A DNA stretch of 58,865 nt from IMG/VR virus record IMGVR_UViG_3300032050_008696, positions 1 through 58,865 of that record; one strand, 5' to 3'. Positions 43,561-54,144 of this stretch are shown piece by piece. Below the pieces are notes generated by a model. It saw only the letters and a list, made by a program, of their open reading frames with translations, made no database searches and was not told the origin of the DNA. Made by a program: the position numbers and the translations under genes. Positions within the stretch are counted from its first letter, which is position 1; every line of letters begins with the position of its first letter. The stretch is from a virus (Duplodnaviria > Caudoviricetes).

Positions 43561-44222
43561 AAATAGGCATTACCGCTCCAATGCATTGGTCCGATAAATA
43601 TAGAGTCAAAGGTAACGACTTTATAAAAAAAATGACAGATTCTATTAATAAATCTGTTAAATATGATCATACCGTCTATGTCGTGGACAATGGAAGTCAA
43701 TACAAATCGGATATTCATACATATCCAAATGTACATTATACTTGGATTGAAGATCAATCAATTGGCGGTATTACTCATGCTTATAATGTAGGAATATATC
43801 AAGCTTATAAAGATAATTGTGATGTAATTATCGTGACCAGTGATGATGTAGAATTCAATCACACCGCAAATAAATTTGTTGAGTTTATATCAAGAGACTC
43901 GGAAAGTTTAGATTGTATATACGGTCCATTAACAAATGGAGTGTTAAGTGAAGAACAAAAATCAAATGGACCGATGATAGGAACTAAAGAAATAACTGTA
44001 CTGAACGGATTTACTTTCGCTTTTACAAGACAACATTATGAAAAGTATCGTGCAACTAAATACACATATTTAAATGAACAGACAATAAATAAATGGCACG
44101 GTCAAGAAAATCAATTCATAGAGAATAGAAAACGAGGAGCTAAGTGTAAAGTGTTGAATTTCTGTTGGTTAATGCATGACAAACAACGTGGTTGGAAAAA
44201 GTGTTTGAGTGAAATAAAATGA
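43557..44222 (+). CDS. Glycosyltransferase GT2-like
   Basis: VVDNGS, AYNVG, SDD. Confidence 0.75.
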   Translation: MKIGITAPMHWSDKYRVKGNDFIKKMTDSINKSVKYDHTVYVVDNGSQYKSDIHTYPNVHYTWIEDQSIGGITHAYNVGIYQAYKDNCDVIIVTSDDVEFNHTANKFVEFISRDSESLDCIYGPLTNGVLSEEQKSNGPMIGTKEITVLNGFTFAFTRQHYEKYRATKYTYLNEQTINKWHGQENQFIENRKRGAKCKVLNFCWLMHDKQRGWKKCLSEIK

Positions 44223-44223
44223 T

Positions 44224-45231
44224 ATGAAGATCAAAAACAAATATGTTACAGGTACACAAGTAATGTTTTATGAAATAGAAATGTTTGATGATAACATTTC
44301 AGGTATTATAAACACTTTAAAATTGGTAGACAACAGAGAAAATCTTACTTATCATTTTACGTTCAATATGTCTGAAGCGTTTGAACTAATTGATACTTTA
44401 AAAATTTCTAGAGACGAATTAAAGCGTAGATTTATAGAACAAATAGATAGACTAAAAAAAGAAGGTGTAAACGTAAAGTATGATATCTTGGAAGGTAAAG
44501 AACCATATAGTATGGCAAATTACCGTAGAGATTTTAATTATTTAAATTGTACAAATAACGATGTTTTGATATGGGGTGAAACCGACTGTTATATGCCTGC
44601 CGAGACCTTTCCTATTTTAGAACAACTGCGTGAATATTCAACTTCACAGAATATTTGGAAATATGTAGTTACATTCGCAATACGAAAGATGTGGGATTCT
44701 AGTTGGTCTGCGTTGGAACATGTTGACTTTGAAAATTGTAAATATTACGAAAAGACCGAACCCAAATGTTTTACAGAACAATCATCTATAAGATATGTCA
44801 TGTCAATAGATGAAATGAATGCAATAAACTCAAAAGCAACTGATCTAGACATTCGTATATTAAAAAGTCCTCGGTTCGATGGTTCTGGGGCTATATTCTC
44901 CACGGATCTAATAAAAGCCGGAGCCAATATACCTCTGGCTGCGTTTGGCATAGCATCAGATGACACTTTCATGATGGAATCGTGTAGAAAGACCATGGGC
45001 AATCAATATGTACAGTATGTAGTTAAAAACGTCTTAAAAGTACATAATAGAGAACATCCTCGTAAACGTAATTATGCTTTAAATATTCAAGGTCAAGAAA
45101 GTACTCAAAGTAAAAAAGGCGATTGGTATAAAGTTATAAGAAATACGAACGAACAAAATCTACATATGTATTCTCAGACCAATCAAAATAGGTTTTTCAC
45201 TTATCAAGATTGTTTAAATACGTTACAATAA
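44224..45231 (+). CDS. Putative GT-A-like protein
   Basis: WGETD, DD and H motifs, and cluster context. Confidence 0.5.
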   Translation: MKIKNKYVTGTQVMFYEIEMFDDNISGIINTLKLVDNRENLTYHFTFNMSEAFELIDTLKISRDELKRRFIEQIDRLKKEGVNVKYDILEGKEPYSMANYRRDFNYLNCTNNDVLIWGETDCYMPAETFPILEQLREYSTSQNIWKYVVTFAIRKMWDSSWSALEHVDFENCKYYEKTEPKCFTEQSSIRYVMSIDEMNAINSKATDLDIRILKSPRFDGSGAIFSTDLIKAGANIPLAAFGIASDDTFMMESCRKTMGNQYVQYVVKNVLKVHNREHPRKRNYALNIQGQESTQSKKGDWYKVIRNTNEQNLHMYSQTNQNRFFTYQDCLNTLQ

Positions 45232-45235
45232 ATAT

Positions 45236-45910
45236 ATGGGTTATATTCTACCAGAAATATACGAGGAAATGGCAAGAACTACTAAAAGTGAAATGCCTAG
45301 AATTTTAGTTGAAACAGGTACATTTAAAGGTGGTTTGGCATATCGGTTTCTAGAAAAATATGGGTCAGTAGATCCTTTTAGAAAGTTATATACATTTGAA
45401 TTGGGTGAAGAAATCTGCCAAATAGCAAGTAATCGATTCAAACTGTTTGAAAAATACCAAGGTGACACAACCAAATTTGATTTACATTCAAATGATAAAG
45501 ATGCCGAATTTAAATCAAGACATACATACATGTATGACACAATTGAGCTGATCAACTCTGATAGTGTAAGTGGATTACAAAAATTGTTACCTGCGATAGA
45601 TGAAAGATGTTGTTTTTGGTTGGATGCACATGCCGGTGCGGCTAAATATGCTAGAGGACCAAAGGATGTACCTCTATTGGATGAAATTGCTGCAATAGAA
45701 AATCATCATATTAAAAATCATTTCATTGCAATCGACGATGCACATTTGTTTGGTAAATTACAATATGATAATACTACAAAAGAACAAATTTGTGATTATA
45801 GAGAAATAACGATTGAAAAGGTAAAAGATGCAATCGTTAAAATAAATAAAAACTATATTATCGAAGTAATAAGTCCTTATCAACATCAGATGTTAATTGC
45901 ATATGTATGA
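45236..45910 (+). CDS. Class I SAM-dependent methyltransferase-like protein
   Basis: VETGTFKG, DS, FWLDAH, IDDA. Confidence 0.75.
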   Translation: MGYILPEIYEEMARTTKSEMPRILVETGTFKGGLAYRFLEKYGSVDPFRKLYTFELGEEICQIASNRFKLFEKYQGDTTKFDLHSNDKDAEFKSRHTYMYDTIELINSDSVSGLQKLLPAIDERCCFWLDAHAGAAKYARGPKDVPLLDEIAAIENHHIKNHFIAIDDAHLFGKLQYDNTTKEQICDYREITIEKVKDAIVKINKNYIIEVISPYQHQMLIAYV

Positions 45911-46812
45911 ATATTATAGTTTTTCATCAACCATATCCACAGGGAAATTACAAGTTAAATGAGTATGTAGCTAAACATCTCAAAGATCAAGGTCATACTG
46001 TATATCTGTTACAACAGTTAAATGGTATGAAATGTACATCTGAATTTGTTGAAGAAATAAAATCTGTCAATCCTGATGTTTTATACTTTGAAATGTTGGA
46101 TAAAGAAACATTCAAAGCCGTTGAACAATTAAATTGTAAAAAGGTTTTGGTATATGCTAGTAGAGGTATACTTCCAAACTTTGAAGAAATTGTAAACTAT
46201 TATGGCAAATGGTTTACTCACATCTATACAAATTCTTACAACTTACATAAACTATTTGTATCAAAAAATATACCATCAGAACATTTTGAGTACTATTTTA
46301 GCTGTTTAACTGATGAAGAATGTGTTTTTACCCCAAAATATTTTAATGATTGTGTCTTTTTGGGAATGGGATTTGCTAGAGTAAATGATAAACACTATGA
46401 AAGTGAACGTAATTTATTCTTTGACGGCATACCTAATATAAGATTTTCTATATATGGCAATGGATGGCCAAGTTTGCCACATTATCGGGGACTGCTACCA
46501 CCGGATGATATTGGTAAATTATATTCAAGTGCTAGATCGGCTATAGGTATTATTGGATCGGGTCAACGTAGTATGGGTATGATAAATAATAGATACACAG
46601 AAATGATGTATTGTGGAGTACCTATCTTTAGCTTAAAGTACGATACAATAAATTGGTTTGGTGGAGAACAATATATCAACTTTATCGAAAACAAAAATGA
46701 TATAGTCAATTTGTTAAAAACCGATTTAAAAACAAAATCCAACGAATCAAAGAATTTCATTCGTAAAAAACATCAAGACTTTTTCAATAAATTAAACAAT
46801 TTAATTCAATGA
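45907..46812 (+). CDS. Glycosyltransferase (CgeB-like GT-B)
   Basis: IYGNGW, LYSSA, INNRY.E..CG. Confidence 0.72.
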   Translation: MNIIVFHQPYPQGNYKLNEYVAKHLKDQGHTVYLLQQLNGMKCTSEFVEEIKSVNPDVLYFEMLDKETFKAVEQLNCKKVLVYASRGILPNFEEIVNYYGKWFTHIYTNSYNLHKLFVSKNIPSEHFEYYFSCLTDEECVFTPKYFNDCVFLGMGFARVNDKHYESERNLFFDGIPNIRFSIYGNGWPSLPHYRGLLPPDDIGKLYSSARSAIGIIGSGQRSMGMINNRYTEMMYCGVPIFSLKYDTINWFGGEQYINFIENKNDIVNLLKTDLKTKSNESKNFIRKKHQDFFNKLNNLIQ

Positions 46813-47759
46813 ACATTTGTTTCGTAAGTCAAAACGGTCATACAGGTAAGTTGCCAAGAAATTTTCAAAATTGTCGTACAGAATTTTCTTGGCAGATTGC
46901 ACTTGATGCCGATCATCTACCTATAGACTATATTTTAAGCAAACCATTTAAAGGTGTATCTCAGTATGATTTAGTAATTGTTATACTACCTAAAAAATTA
47001 GAAAATTATAACAGTTCAAGATTATTAGATTTAGTTAAAGCAATTGGCAAAAAAGTAACCGTGATGCAGGAAGGTCCGGCTTGGTATTATCAAGACTATG
47101 ATTATGTCAATCAAGTTAATTATATCAACTTCTTAAGTGAGATGGATTTTCTATTAACTCACAATAAAAGTGACATTTCATATTTCAAAGGTATATTTAA
47201 AAAACCAACATTCAATCTACAGTCACTTATGATTGAAGATACAGTAAAAGATGTACCCCGTGAAAATAATAATATGCCTATCATAGGTGGCAACTTCTGT
47301 AGTTGGTATGGTGGTGTAGATAGTTACTTCGTGGCAAGAAACTTTGATAAACCCATTTTTATTCCAAGTATGGGACGTAAGATACAAAACGAAGAACAAT
47401 TCCCAGGTTTACATCACTTACCATATATGATGTGGAATGAATGGATTAAAGCACTTGCCAATTTTAATGTTGGTATACATCTAATGAGAACACACGCTGC
47501 GGGTACATTCGCTCTAAATTGCGCTTATTTAGGCATACCATGTATAGGATATAAAGGACTAGATACACAAGAAACATTACATCCACAACTATCTGTAGAT
47601 ATAGGAGATATAGAAAAAGCAAATATATTAGCTAATAAACTTAAAATAGACAAAGAGTTTTATAATTACTGTTCACAAAATGCTAAGGATAATTATAAGA
47701 TATTCTACACCGAAAAGGTTTGGTTGAATAACTGGAATAAAATCGTTGATAATATATGA
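46809..47759 (+). CDS. Putative GT-B glycosyltransferase
   Basis: AGTF.LNCAYLGIPCIG. Confidence 0.62.
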   Translation: MNICFVSQNGHTGKLPRNFQNCRTEFSWQIALDADHLPIDYILSKPFKGVSQYDLVIVILPKKLENYNSSRLLDLVKAIGKKVTVMQEGPAWYYQDYDYVNQVNYINFLSEMDFLLTHNKSDISYFKGIFKKPTFNLQSLMIEDTVKDVPRENNNMPIIGGNFCSWYGGVDSYFVARNFDKPIFIPSMGRKIQNEEQFPGLHHLPYMMWNEWIKALANFNVGIHLMRTHAAGTFALNCAYLGIPCIGYKGLDTQETLHPQLSVDIGDIEKANILANKLKIDKEFYNYCSQNAKDNYKIFYTEKVWLNNWNKIVDNI

Positions 47760-48544
47760 GTCGTAAAATTAAATTTGTAATACCAACAGTATTCGCTAGA
47801 AAAGAAACTGAAATTAAGTGTGTTGAAGCAATTTGTCACCAGGCTTTAAAACACAATTCAGAAAACGAAGTACACATGGTTTGTAATTTTGACAGTCTAG
47901 AATTTGAACAATGGAAACCGGAACATAAAGAAATTAAGAAACACGTTTCTAATTTGATGCATAGTATCTCTAGAGCATTAAATGTTATTGCCAGACAAGA
48001 AAACACAAAAGATTTTGACTATTTTTGTTTTGTACAATCGGATGTATTCTTTGAAAATGAAAGTTGGATTGAAAAATGTATAGAGGTATACGAAACACAT
48101 GGAAATGTAGGAGTGATTGGTACCAGACCACACAGTGCATTTGAAAGATATCATGTACCAATAAAACATGTAAAAGTTAATGGGATTAATGAAATGTACG
48201 AGGTGTTATGGTCAGATGGTATCATGTTCTTCAGTACAAAATTATTCGATGAAATTGGTTATTTTGATGAACAATTTTTCGGAGACTGTGAAAGCAATGA
48301 TTTTTGTTACAGAGCTTTAGAACGTGGTTATAAAAATATCTATATACCAGGCCGATGGCTGAATTTTAAACACGAATTGATTGGTTTTGATAAAAAATCT
48401 CCGACACCGGATTCTTTGATTCGTAACGTAGAGAAATCTCGCAAACTATTTTTCCATAAATGGGAACACATTTTTAGACAATTTTTCCAAAATATTTATG
48501 AACAACAGGCAGCAATGTATAATAATGATAGCTATAGAGGATAA
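47756..48544 (+). CDS. Glycosyltransferase GT2
   Basis: FVQSDV, IGYFDEQF..E.NDFCYR...GY. Confidence 0.82.
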   Translation: MSRKIKFVIPTVFARKETEIKCVEAICHQALKHNSENEVHMVCNFDSLEFEQWKPEHKEIKKHVSNLMHSISRALNVIARQENTKDFDYFCFVQSDVFFENESWIEKCIEVYETHGNVGVIGTRPHSAFERYHVPIKHVKVNGINEMYEVLWSDGIMFFSTKLFDEIGYFDEQFFGDCESNDFCYRALERGYKNIYIPGRWLNFKHELIGFDKKSPTPDSLIRNVEKSRKLFFHKWEHIFRQFFQNIYEQQAAMYNNDSYRG

Positions 48545-49259
48545 TAACTCTAAGCATCAACATAAATCATATTACGAATTAACAAAACTAGCCTGGCAAA
48601 AGTATTGTGACAAAAACAATATAGACTTTGTTTTGATTACAGAAAAGTTACCCGGAGTAAAACACGCAAAGTGGAACAAACATTATGTGTTTGATTATTT
48701 GGGAGACAAATATGAAAAAATAGGCATGGTAGATTTTGATACTATGCCACATTGGAATTGTCCAAATCCATTTAATCTGTATACCGATGAATTTTGTGGA
48801 GTAATTGATAACTCTTCTTTATACTGGCTTAACAACAGTTTGACATCTTATAAATCAGCTTTTCCAGAATTGAATGTTGATATAAAAATTAGTGAATATG
48901 TCAATAGTGGAGTGTTATTTTTTACAAAAAAACACAAATACGTCTTTGATCAAGTTAAAGAGTTTTATCTAAACAATCAAGAAAAGATAGATAATTGGAA
49001 TGTGCCGAATACAGGCAGAGATCAAACTGTATTAAATCTTATACTAAAAAAGAATAATGTAAACAAAAAGTATCTACCCCACTCATGGAACACATTTGCA
49101 ATGATCAAAAAGGGATATTTCTTTTATAACGATAAATTGAATGATCCTACCCCATTCTTTGTAAAGTATGGTAATATATGGCATTTTACTGGATTTTCAA
49201 TTGAACAACGTACACAATTGATTCAAGATATCTGGAATCAAACCAAACATTTATATTAA
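48498..49259 (+). CDS. Glycosyltransferase GT8-like
   Basis: VDFDT, YVNSGV, DQTVLN, HFTG. Confidence 0.8.
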   Translation: MNNRQQCIIMIAIEDNNSKHQHKSYYELTKLAWQKYCDKNNIDFVLITEKLPGVKHAKWNKHYVFDYLGDKYEKIGMVDFDTMPHWNCPNPFNLYTDEFCGVIDNSSLYWLNNSLTSYKSAFPELNVDIKISEYVNSGVLFFTKKHKYVFDQVKEFYLNNQEKIDNWNVPNTGRDQTVLNLILKKNNVNKKYLPHSWNTFAMIKKGYFFYNDKLNDPTPFFVKYGNIWHFTGFSIEQRTQLIQDIWNQTKHLY

Positions 49260-50035
49260 TGAAAAAAAACATAATTTTTATTCCAGCGGTAATTTCTAAC
49301 AAAGGAGAAAAAAAGTTACGTAGTACTCCTCTTATCAACAAAATATTTGAATATAGCATAAACAGTTGGAAACACTTCGCAAACAAAAATAACTGTGAAG
49401 TGGTTGTATTGGATCAGCCAATTATGGATTCAAATATAACCAGTATGGCATGGCAACGTTACTATGCGTTGGATATATTGGAAAATAGTGGCATCGATTA
49501 TGACCAAGTACTAATTGTAGATGCTGATACTATTGTTCACCCAAACTGTCCTAACTTCTTTGAAATGACAAACCATAAATACACAGGCGTACACGACGGT
49601 GTTGTGTATGAATGGGTAATGAGAAGTGTGGAGTGTTATAGTAAATACGTATTTAATGACTATAAGTTAAACATATGGAATTATATCAATGGTGGATTTC
49701 AAATATTTAACGAATCACACAAAGATCATATCAACAAGTTTAAACAGTTTTATATTGATAACCGTGATGTTCTATATGAAGTAGAATCAAAAATAAAATT
49801 GGGTACGGATCAAACACCTATGAATTTCTTTCTACAAATGAACAATGTAGAAACTACAATATTGCCATATGAGTATAATATGACTGGGTTAAATCTATCA
49901 GAAGGTTTAACGGAAGACCTTGTATATACAAATTTGGGATGGATATATCATTTTAATGGCATACCGGATAACACATATGGTAACAAAGTAGAATATTATA
50001 TGGCAAAGACGTATAATAAATTGTATGAAAAATAA
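49259..50035 (+). CDS. Glycosyltransferase GT8-like (paralog of the previous gene)
   Basis: VDADT, YINGGF, DQTPMN, HFNG. Confidence 0.8.
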   Translation: MKKNIIFIPAVISNKGEKKLRSTPLINKIFEYSINSWKHFANKNNCEVVVLDQPIMDSNITSMAWQRYYALDILENSGIDYDQVLIVDADTIVHPNCPNFFEMTNHKYTGVHDGVVYEWVMRSVECYSKYVFNDYKLNIWNYINGGFQIFNESHKDHINKFKQFYIDNRDVLYEVESKIKLGTDQTPMNFFLQMNNVETTILPYEYNMTGLNLSEGLTEDLVYTNLGWIYHFNGIPDNTYGNKVEYYMAKTYNKLYEK

Positions 50036-50954
50036 AAAAATATTCATAACCGGTGGAGCTGGGTTTTTAGGTAAACACATTGTAAAACGATATTACGATA
50101 ACAACGATATAACAATCTTCAGCCGAGATGAGGCAAAACATTATTATCTTAAAAAACAATTTCCAAAGATAAACTGCATTGTAGGAGATGTACGTAATTA
50201 TGATTTATTAAAAAGAGTTAGTAAAAATCATAATATTGGAATATTCGCTGCGAGTTTAAAACAAATCGAATCTGTAGATCAAAATGTTGAAGAAGCTTTA
50301 CATGTTATAATACACGGTGCAATTAATAGCAGAAGAATTTCTGAAGAAAATGGATTTGAATCTTCTTGTTTTATATCTTCCGATAAAAGTAGATCAGCTA
50401 CAACATTATATGGATCTATGAAATTTGTAGCCGGTGAAAGTTTCATAGTCAACTCAGATAAAAATAATATCAATTTAAGCACCGCCATATATGGAAATGT
50501 TTTAAATTCGACTGGAAGTATAATTCCATTGATATGGAACGCTATAGAAAATAAATACAGTTTAAAATTGTACTCATCTGAAATGACACGGTTCATGATC
50601 ACGGTAGATGAAGCGATTGATTTAATCGAAGCTGGATTAAAAGTCAATGGCTATAATGTGATACCCAAGGTTAAAAGTTTCAAAATCTTAGATTTATTTG
50701 AACTTTATAAAGAATTATTCGGATTACAGTATACTTTAGATGTTCCTAGAATATCGGAAAAAATACATGAGATTATGATATCCGAAGAAGAAAAACCCAG
50801 AGTTTTAGAATTAGGCAATTACTACTATATGCATTATAAAAATACTTGCATAAACGGTGTTAAATTTACAAATAATGAATATTCTAGTAAAGATGTATGT
50901 ATCACCAAAGAAGAATTAAATAATGTATTAAAATCGTTTAACTACTTTAAATAA
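50025..50954 (+). CDS. UDP-sugar 4,6-dehydratase (PseB/FnlA-like)
   Basis: GGAGFLG, SRDEAK, GDVR, SSDK, YGSMK, YGNV..S.GS, MTRF, EKIHE. Confidence 0.85.
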   Translation: MKNKKIFITGGAGFLGKHIVKRYYDNNDITIFSRDEAKHYYLKKQFPKINCIVGDVRNYDLLKRVSKNHNIGIFAASLKQIESVDQNVEEALHVIIHGAINSRRISEENGFESSCFISSDKSRSATTLYGSMKFVAGESFIVNSDKNNINLSTAIYGNVLNSTGSIIPLIWNAIENKYSLKLYSSEMTRFMITVDEAIDLIEAGLKVNGYNVIPKVKSFKILDLFELYKELFGLQYTLDVPRISEKIHEIMISEEEKPRVLELGNYYYMHYKNTCINGVKFTNNEYSSKDVCITKEELNNVLKSFNYFK

Positions 50955-50955
50955 C

Positions 50956-52170
50956 ATGTATTCTGAATATAAATTACGAAAAAGTTGTGCAGTTTGTAAA
51001 AACGCAAATTTAAACACAATTATTGATTTTGGAGAAATATCCTTAGCTGGAAATTTTCCTACAAAAGAAGAAATTGACAATTGTAGAAAATATCCTCTTT
51101 CTTTAAAATATTGTGACACCTGTAAATTGGTACAAACCGACAGTATTATAAATTCAGACTTTTTATTTAAAGATTATAGATATATTTCGTCTATAGGATT
51201 AACTAAACATTTTACGTCAGTTGCCAATCTTTATAAACAAAAATTTAATCTATCTTCTGAAAGCAAAGTACTTGAAATTGGGTCGAATGATGGTGTTTTA
51301 TTGAAGCCTTTAATGGATCTTGGCGTACAGTGTGTGGGATTCGATCCATCTATAAACATTTCTGAAATAGCTAAAAAACGTGGGTGTAATGTAATAGTTG
51401 ATTATTTCAATAAAGAAAACGCAATAAAACACTTGAAACAAAACGAATTTGATATTATATGTTCAAATAATTGTTTCGCCCATATAGATGATATTCATTC
51501 TATATTAGAAGGCGTAAATTATTGTTTAAAACCAAACGGCCAATTTATTATTGAAGTACATTATCTAAAGAATCTAATTGATCAGTTACAATATGATTTT
51601 ATATATCACGAACATTTGTATTATTACTCAATTTCAACTCTAAATTATTTATTCAATTTACATGGGTTTAAAATAGTTGATTTCGAGGAAATTTCTATTC
51701 ATTCCGGCAGTATCAGAGTGTACGCATCGAAACAAGAAAACATATCAACAAAAGTACTTGATAGATTGAAATTTGAAGAAAATGTAGGATTAACATCATT
51801 CGAATATTTCAAAAACTTTAGTAATATTGTAAAAAATCATATCTCATCGCTAAAAACAGTCGTTGACAATATTAAAAATCAAAACTTAAAGATAATTGGA
51901 TATGGTGCATCTGGCAGAGGTAACGTATTAATTAATGTATGTAAGTTTAATTCAAGTGATATTTCATATATCATAGATGAATCTCCAGAAAGATATAATC
52001 GGTACGTAGGTAGCACCGATATACCGATTGTAAATAAAAATATATTAGATGTTGATTCCCCAGATTATATCTTGATATTTGCTTGGAATTATAGTGATAT
52101 GATTATGGAAAAATTAAAAAATAAAAATTACAAATACATAATTCCGTTTCCATCTGTAAAGTTAATTTAA
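50956..52170 (+). CDS. NDP-hexose C-methyltransferase
   Basis: N-terminal Zn site (CAVC..CDTC), EIGSNDG, YHEH..YYS, GYGA, AWNY. Confidence 0.9.
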   Translation: MYSEYKLRKSCAVCKNANLNTIIDFGEISLAGNFPTKEEIDNCRKYPLSLKYCDTCKLVQTDSIINSDFLFKDYRYISSIGLTKHFTSVANLYKQKFNLSSESKVLEIGSNDGVLLKPLMDLGVQCVGFDPSINISEIAKKRGCNVIVDYFNKENAIKHLKQNEFDIICSNNCFAHIDDIHSILEGVNYCLKPNGQFIIEVHYLKNLIDQLQYDFIYHEHLYYYSISTLNYLFNLHGFKIVDFEEISIHSGSIRVYASKQENISTKVLDRLKFEENVGLTSFEYFKNFSNIVKNHISSLKTVVDNIKNQNLKIIGYGASGRGNVLINVCKFNSSDISYIIDESPERYNRYVGSTDIPIVNKNILDVDSPDYILIFAWNYSDMIMEKLKNKNYKYIIPFPSVKLI

Positions 52171-52172
52171 TT

Positions 52173-52952
52173 ATGAAGATATTGGTATTAGGCCACAACG
52201 GCATGTTAGGACATGTGGTTTTTAAATATCTCACATCACAAAATATAGAAGTTATTACTACGGATTTAAAGTGGGAAACGTATGAATTAAAAGAGTATAT
52301 AAAAAAGTGTACATGTGAATATATGATTAACTGTATTGGATGTATACCACAAAAAAAGTATACGTGGGAACAATATAAATCCATCAACATATCACTTCCA
52401 ATGTTTTTGTCAAATAATTTTACAGGAAAAATAATTAATCCGTCAACCGATGGCGAATTTGACGGAAAAGTTAATGAACATTATTTTTACAGTAAAAATG
52501 AACTGCCTACTGCTTTGGATGATTACGGATTATCCAAAGCATACATATCTTCAATTTTAAGATTTAAAAATAATGTAAAACAAATACGTTCCTCTATTAT
52601 AGGACCAGAATTAAAAAATAAAGTTTGTCTCATGGAATGGTTTTTTAAACAATCTGAAAATGTAAATGGATATACGAATCATTATTGGAATGGAATAACA
52701 ACGTTAGAATGGTCAAAACAGGCTTATAAAATTATCAAAAATTGGGATCGTTATGATACAATAAATCAAATAGGAACGAATAAAATAAACAAGTATGAAT
52801 TGTTGTGTTTGATAAATAAAATATTTGAATGTAACAAGAATATAATATCTATTAATGTAGACTGTGTAAATAAGTGTTTACAGACGGATTACACATTACA
52901 ATCATTAGAAAATCAGCTTATAGAGTTGAAAAAGTTTTATTATGAAAATTAG
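52173..52952 (+). CDS. RmlD-like NDP-4-keto sugar reductase
   Basis: GHNGMLG, INCIG, STD, YGLSK, RSSIIG. Confidence 0.85.
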   Translation: MKILVLGHNGMLGHVVFKYLTSQNIEVITTDLKWETYELKEYIKKCTCEYMINCIGCIPQKKYTWEQYKSINISLPMFLSNNFTGKIINPSTDGEFDGKVNEHYFYSKNELPTALDDYGLSKAYISSILRFKNNVKQIRSSIIGPELKNKVCLMEWFFKQSENVNGYTNHYWNGITTLEWSKQAYKIIKNWDRYDTINQIGTNKINKYELLCLINKIFECNKNIISINVDCVNKCLQTDYTLQSLENQLIELKKFYYEN

Positions 52953-54144
52953 TTTTATCCAACCCAGTAGAAACAACCTAAAATATCTTAAGTGGAGTTA
53001 CGAAGCTATTCGTAAAAACTTAAGCCATAAAGAACATGAAATTTGCGTTGCCGACGACTTTAGTAACGACGGTACATTGGAATGGTGTAAAGAAACAGCA
53101 GAAAAAGACCCACATTTCAAGTTCATCCGTAACGACGGTCCAACCCGATTGGGTCATACAATCCTATATGATCGTCTCATCAATGAAGTAGCTACTAACG
53201 ATGTGGTAATGATCTATCACGCTGACATGTATGCTTGTCCTAACTTCGACAAATATGTTGAAAAATATATTGCACCCGGTACAATTGTTAGTCTAACCCG
53301 CATTGAACCACCTCTACATCCTCCCGGTCCAGAAAAAATTGTACAAGCATTTGGTACTGAGCCAGAAGAGTTTAATGAAGCTGGATTCTTGAAATGGTTC
53401 AATGATACCCGTCTGACAAGAAAAGATAAAACCACAGAAGGAATTTTTGCGCCTTGGGCCCTTTATAAGAGTGATTTTCAATCTATAGGAGGTCACGATG
53501 ATCTATACGCTCCCCAAAGTAAAGAAGATAGCGACATCTTCAATCGTTTTCTACTAAACGGATATAAGTTTGTACAAACATGGGAAGGATGTGTTTATCA
53601 CATGACTTGTAGAGGCAGTAGATACAATCCTACTCTAACTACTGTTGGTAAAGAAAGTGACGAGTGGCTAGCACAAAATAACCGTAGTGCAAGAAACTTC
53701 ATTCGTAAATGGGGTCACTTTGTAAAACACAATGATACCATGAAACCTATTGTACCAAAACGATATGATGTGGGATTCATAGTTCGTAACTGTGATGAAT
53801 ATAAATTGATGTTGCTGGAACCGTGGTGTGATTCAATATATACAGATGTTCCTTATGACCGTTATATTCAAGCAGAACAAAAGAATACAAAATTTGATCT
53901 TAAAAAGAAATTGAAACGTTATGATGATCAAAGAACAAATGACGTACTTATTGAATTTGACGCAACAAAAATAACCAATCAAAGTTTTGAATTCTTCAAT
54001 ATGTTACAGTTGATGTTGGAAGATAGTGGTCAAGTCGGAGAATTTGAGTATGAAATATTCAAATTAAAAATAAATAAATTATCAGACTACAACAAGAATC
54101 TAATTAATATAAAAGATAACTGGTATTCTAATAAATTAACATGA
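52942..54144 (+). CDS. Glycosyltransferase GT2
   Basis: DDFSNDGT, HADM, IGGHD, EDSD. Confidence 0.88.
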   Translation: MKISFIQPSRNNLKYLKWSYEAIRKNLSHKEHEICVADDFSNDGTLEWCKETAEKDPHFKFIRNDGPTRLGHTILYDRLINEVATNDVVMIYHADMYACPNFDKYVEKYIAPGTIVSLTRIEPPLHPPGPEKIVQAFGTEPEEFNEAGFLKWFNDTRLTRKDKTTEGIFAPWALYKSDFQSIGGHDDLYAPQSKEDSDIFNRFLLNGYKFVQTWEGCVYHMTCRGSRYNPTLTTVGKESDEWLAQNNRSARNFIRKWGHFVKHNDTMKPIVPKRYDVGFIVRNCDEYKLMLLEPWCDSIYTDVPYDRYIQAEQKNTKFDLKKKLKRYDDQRTNDVLIEFDATKITNQSFEFFNMLQLMLEDSGQVGEFEYEIFKLKINKLSDYNKNLINIKDNWYSNKLT

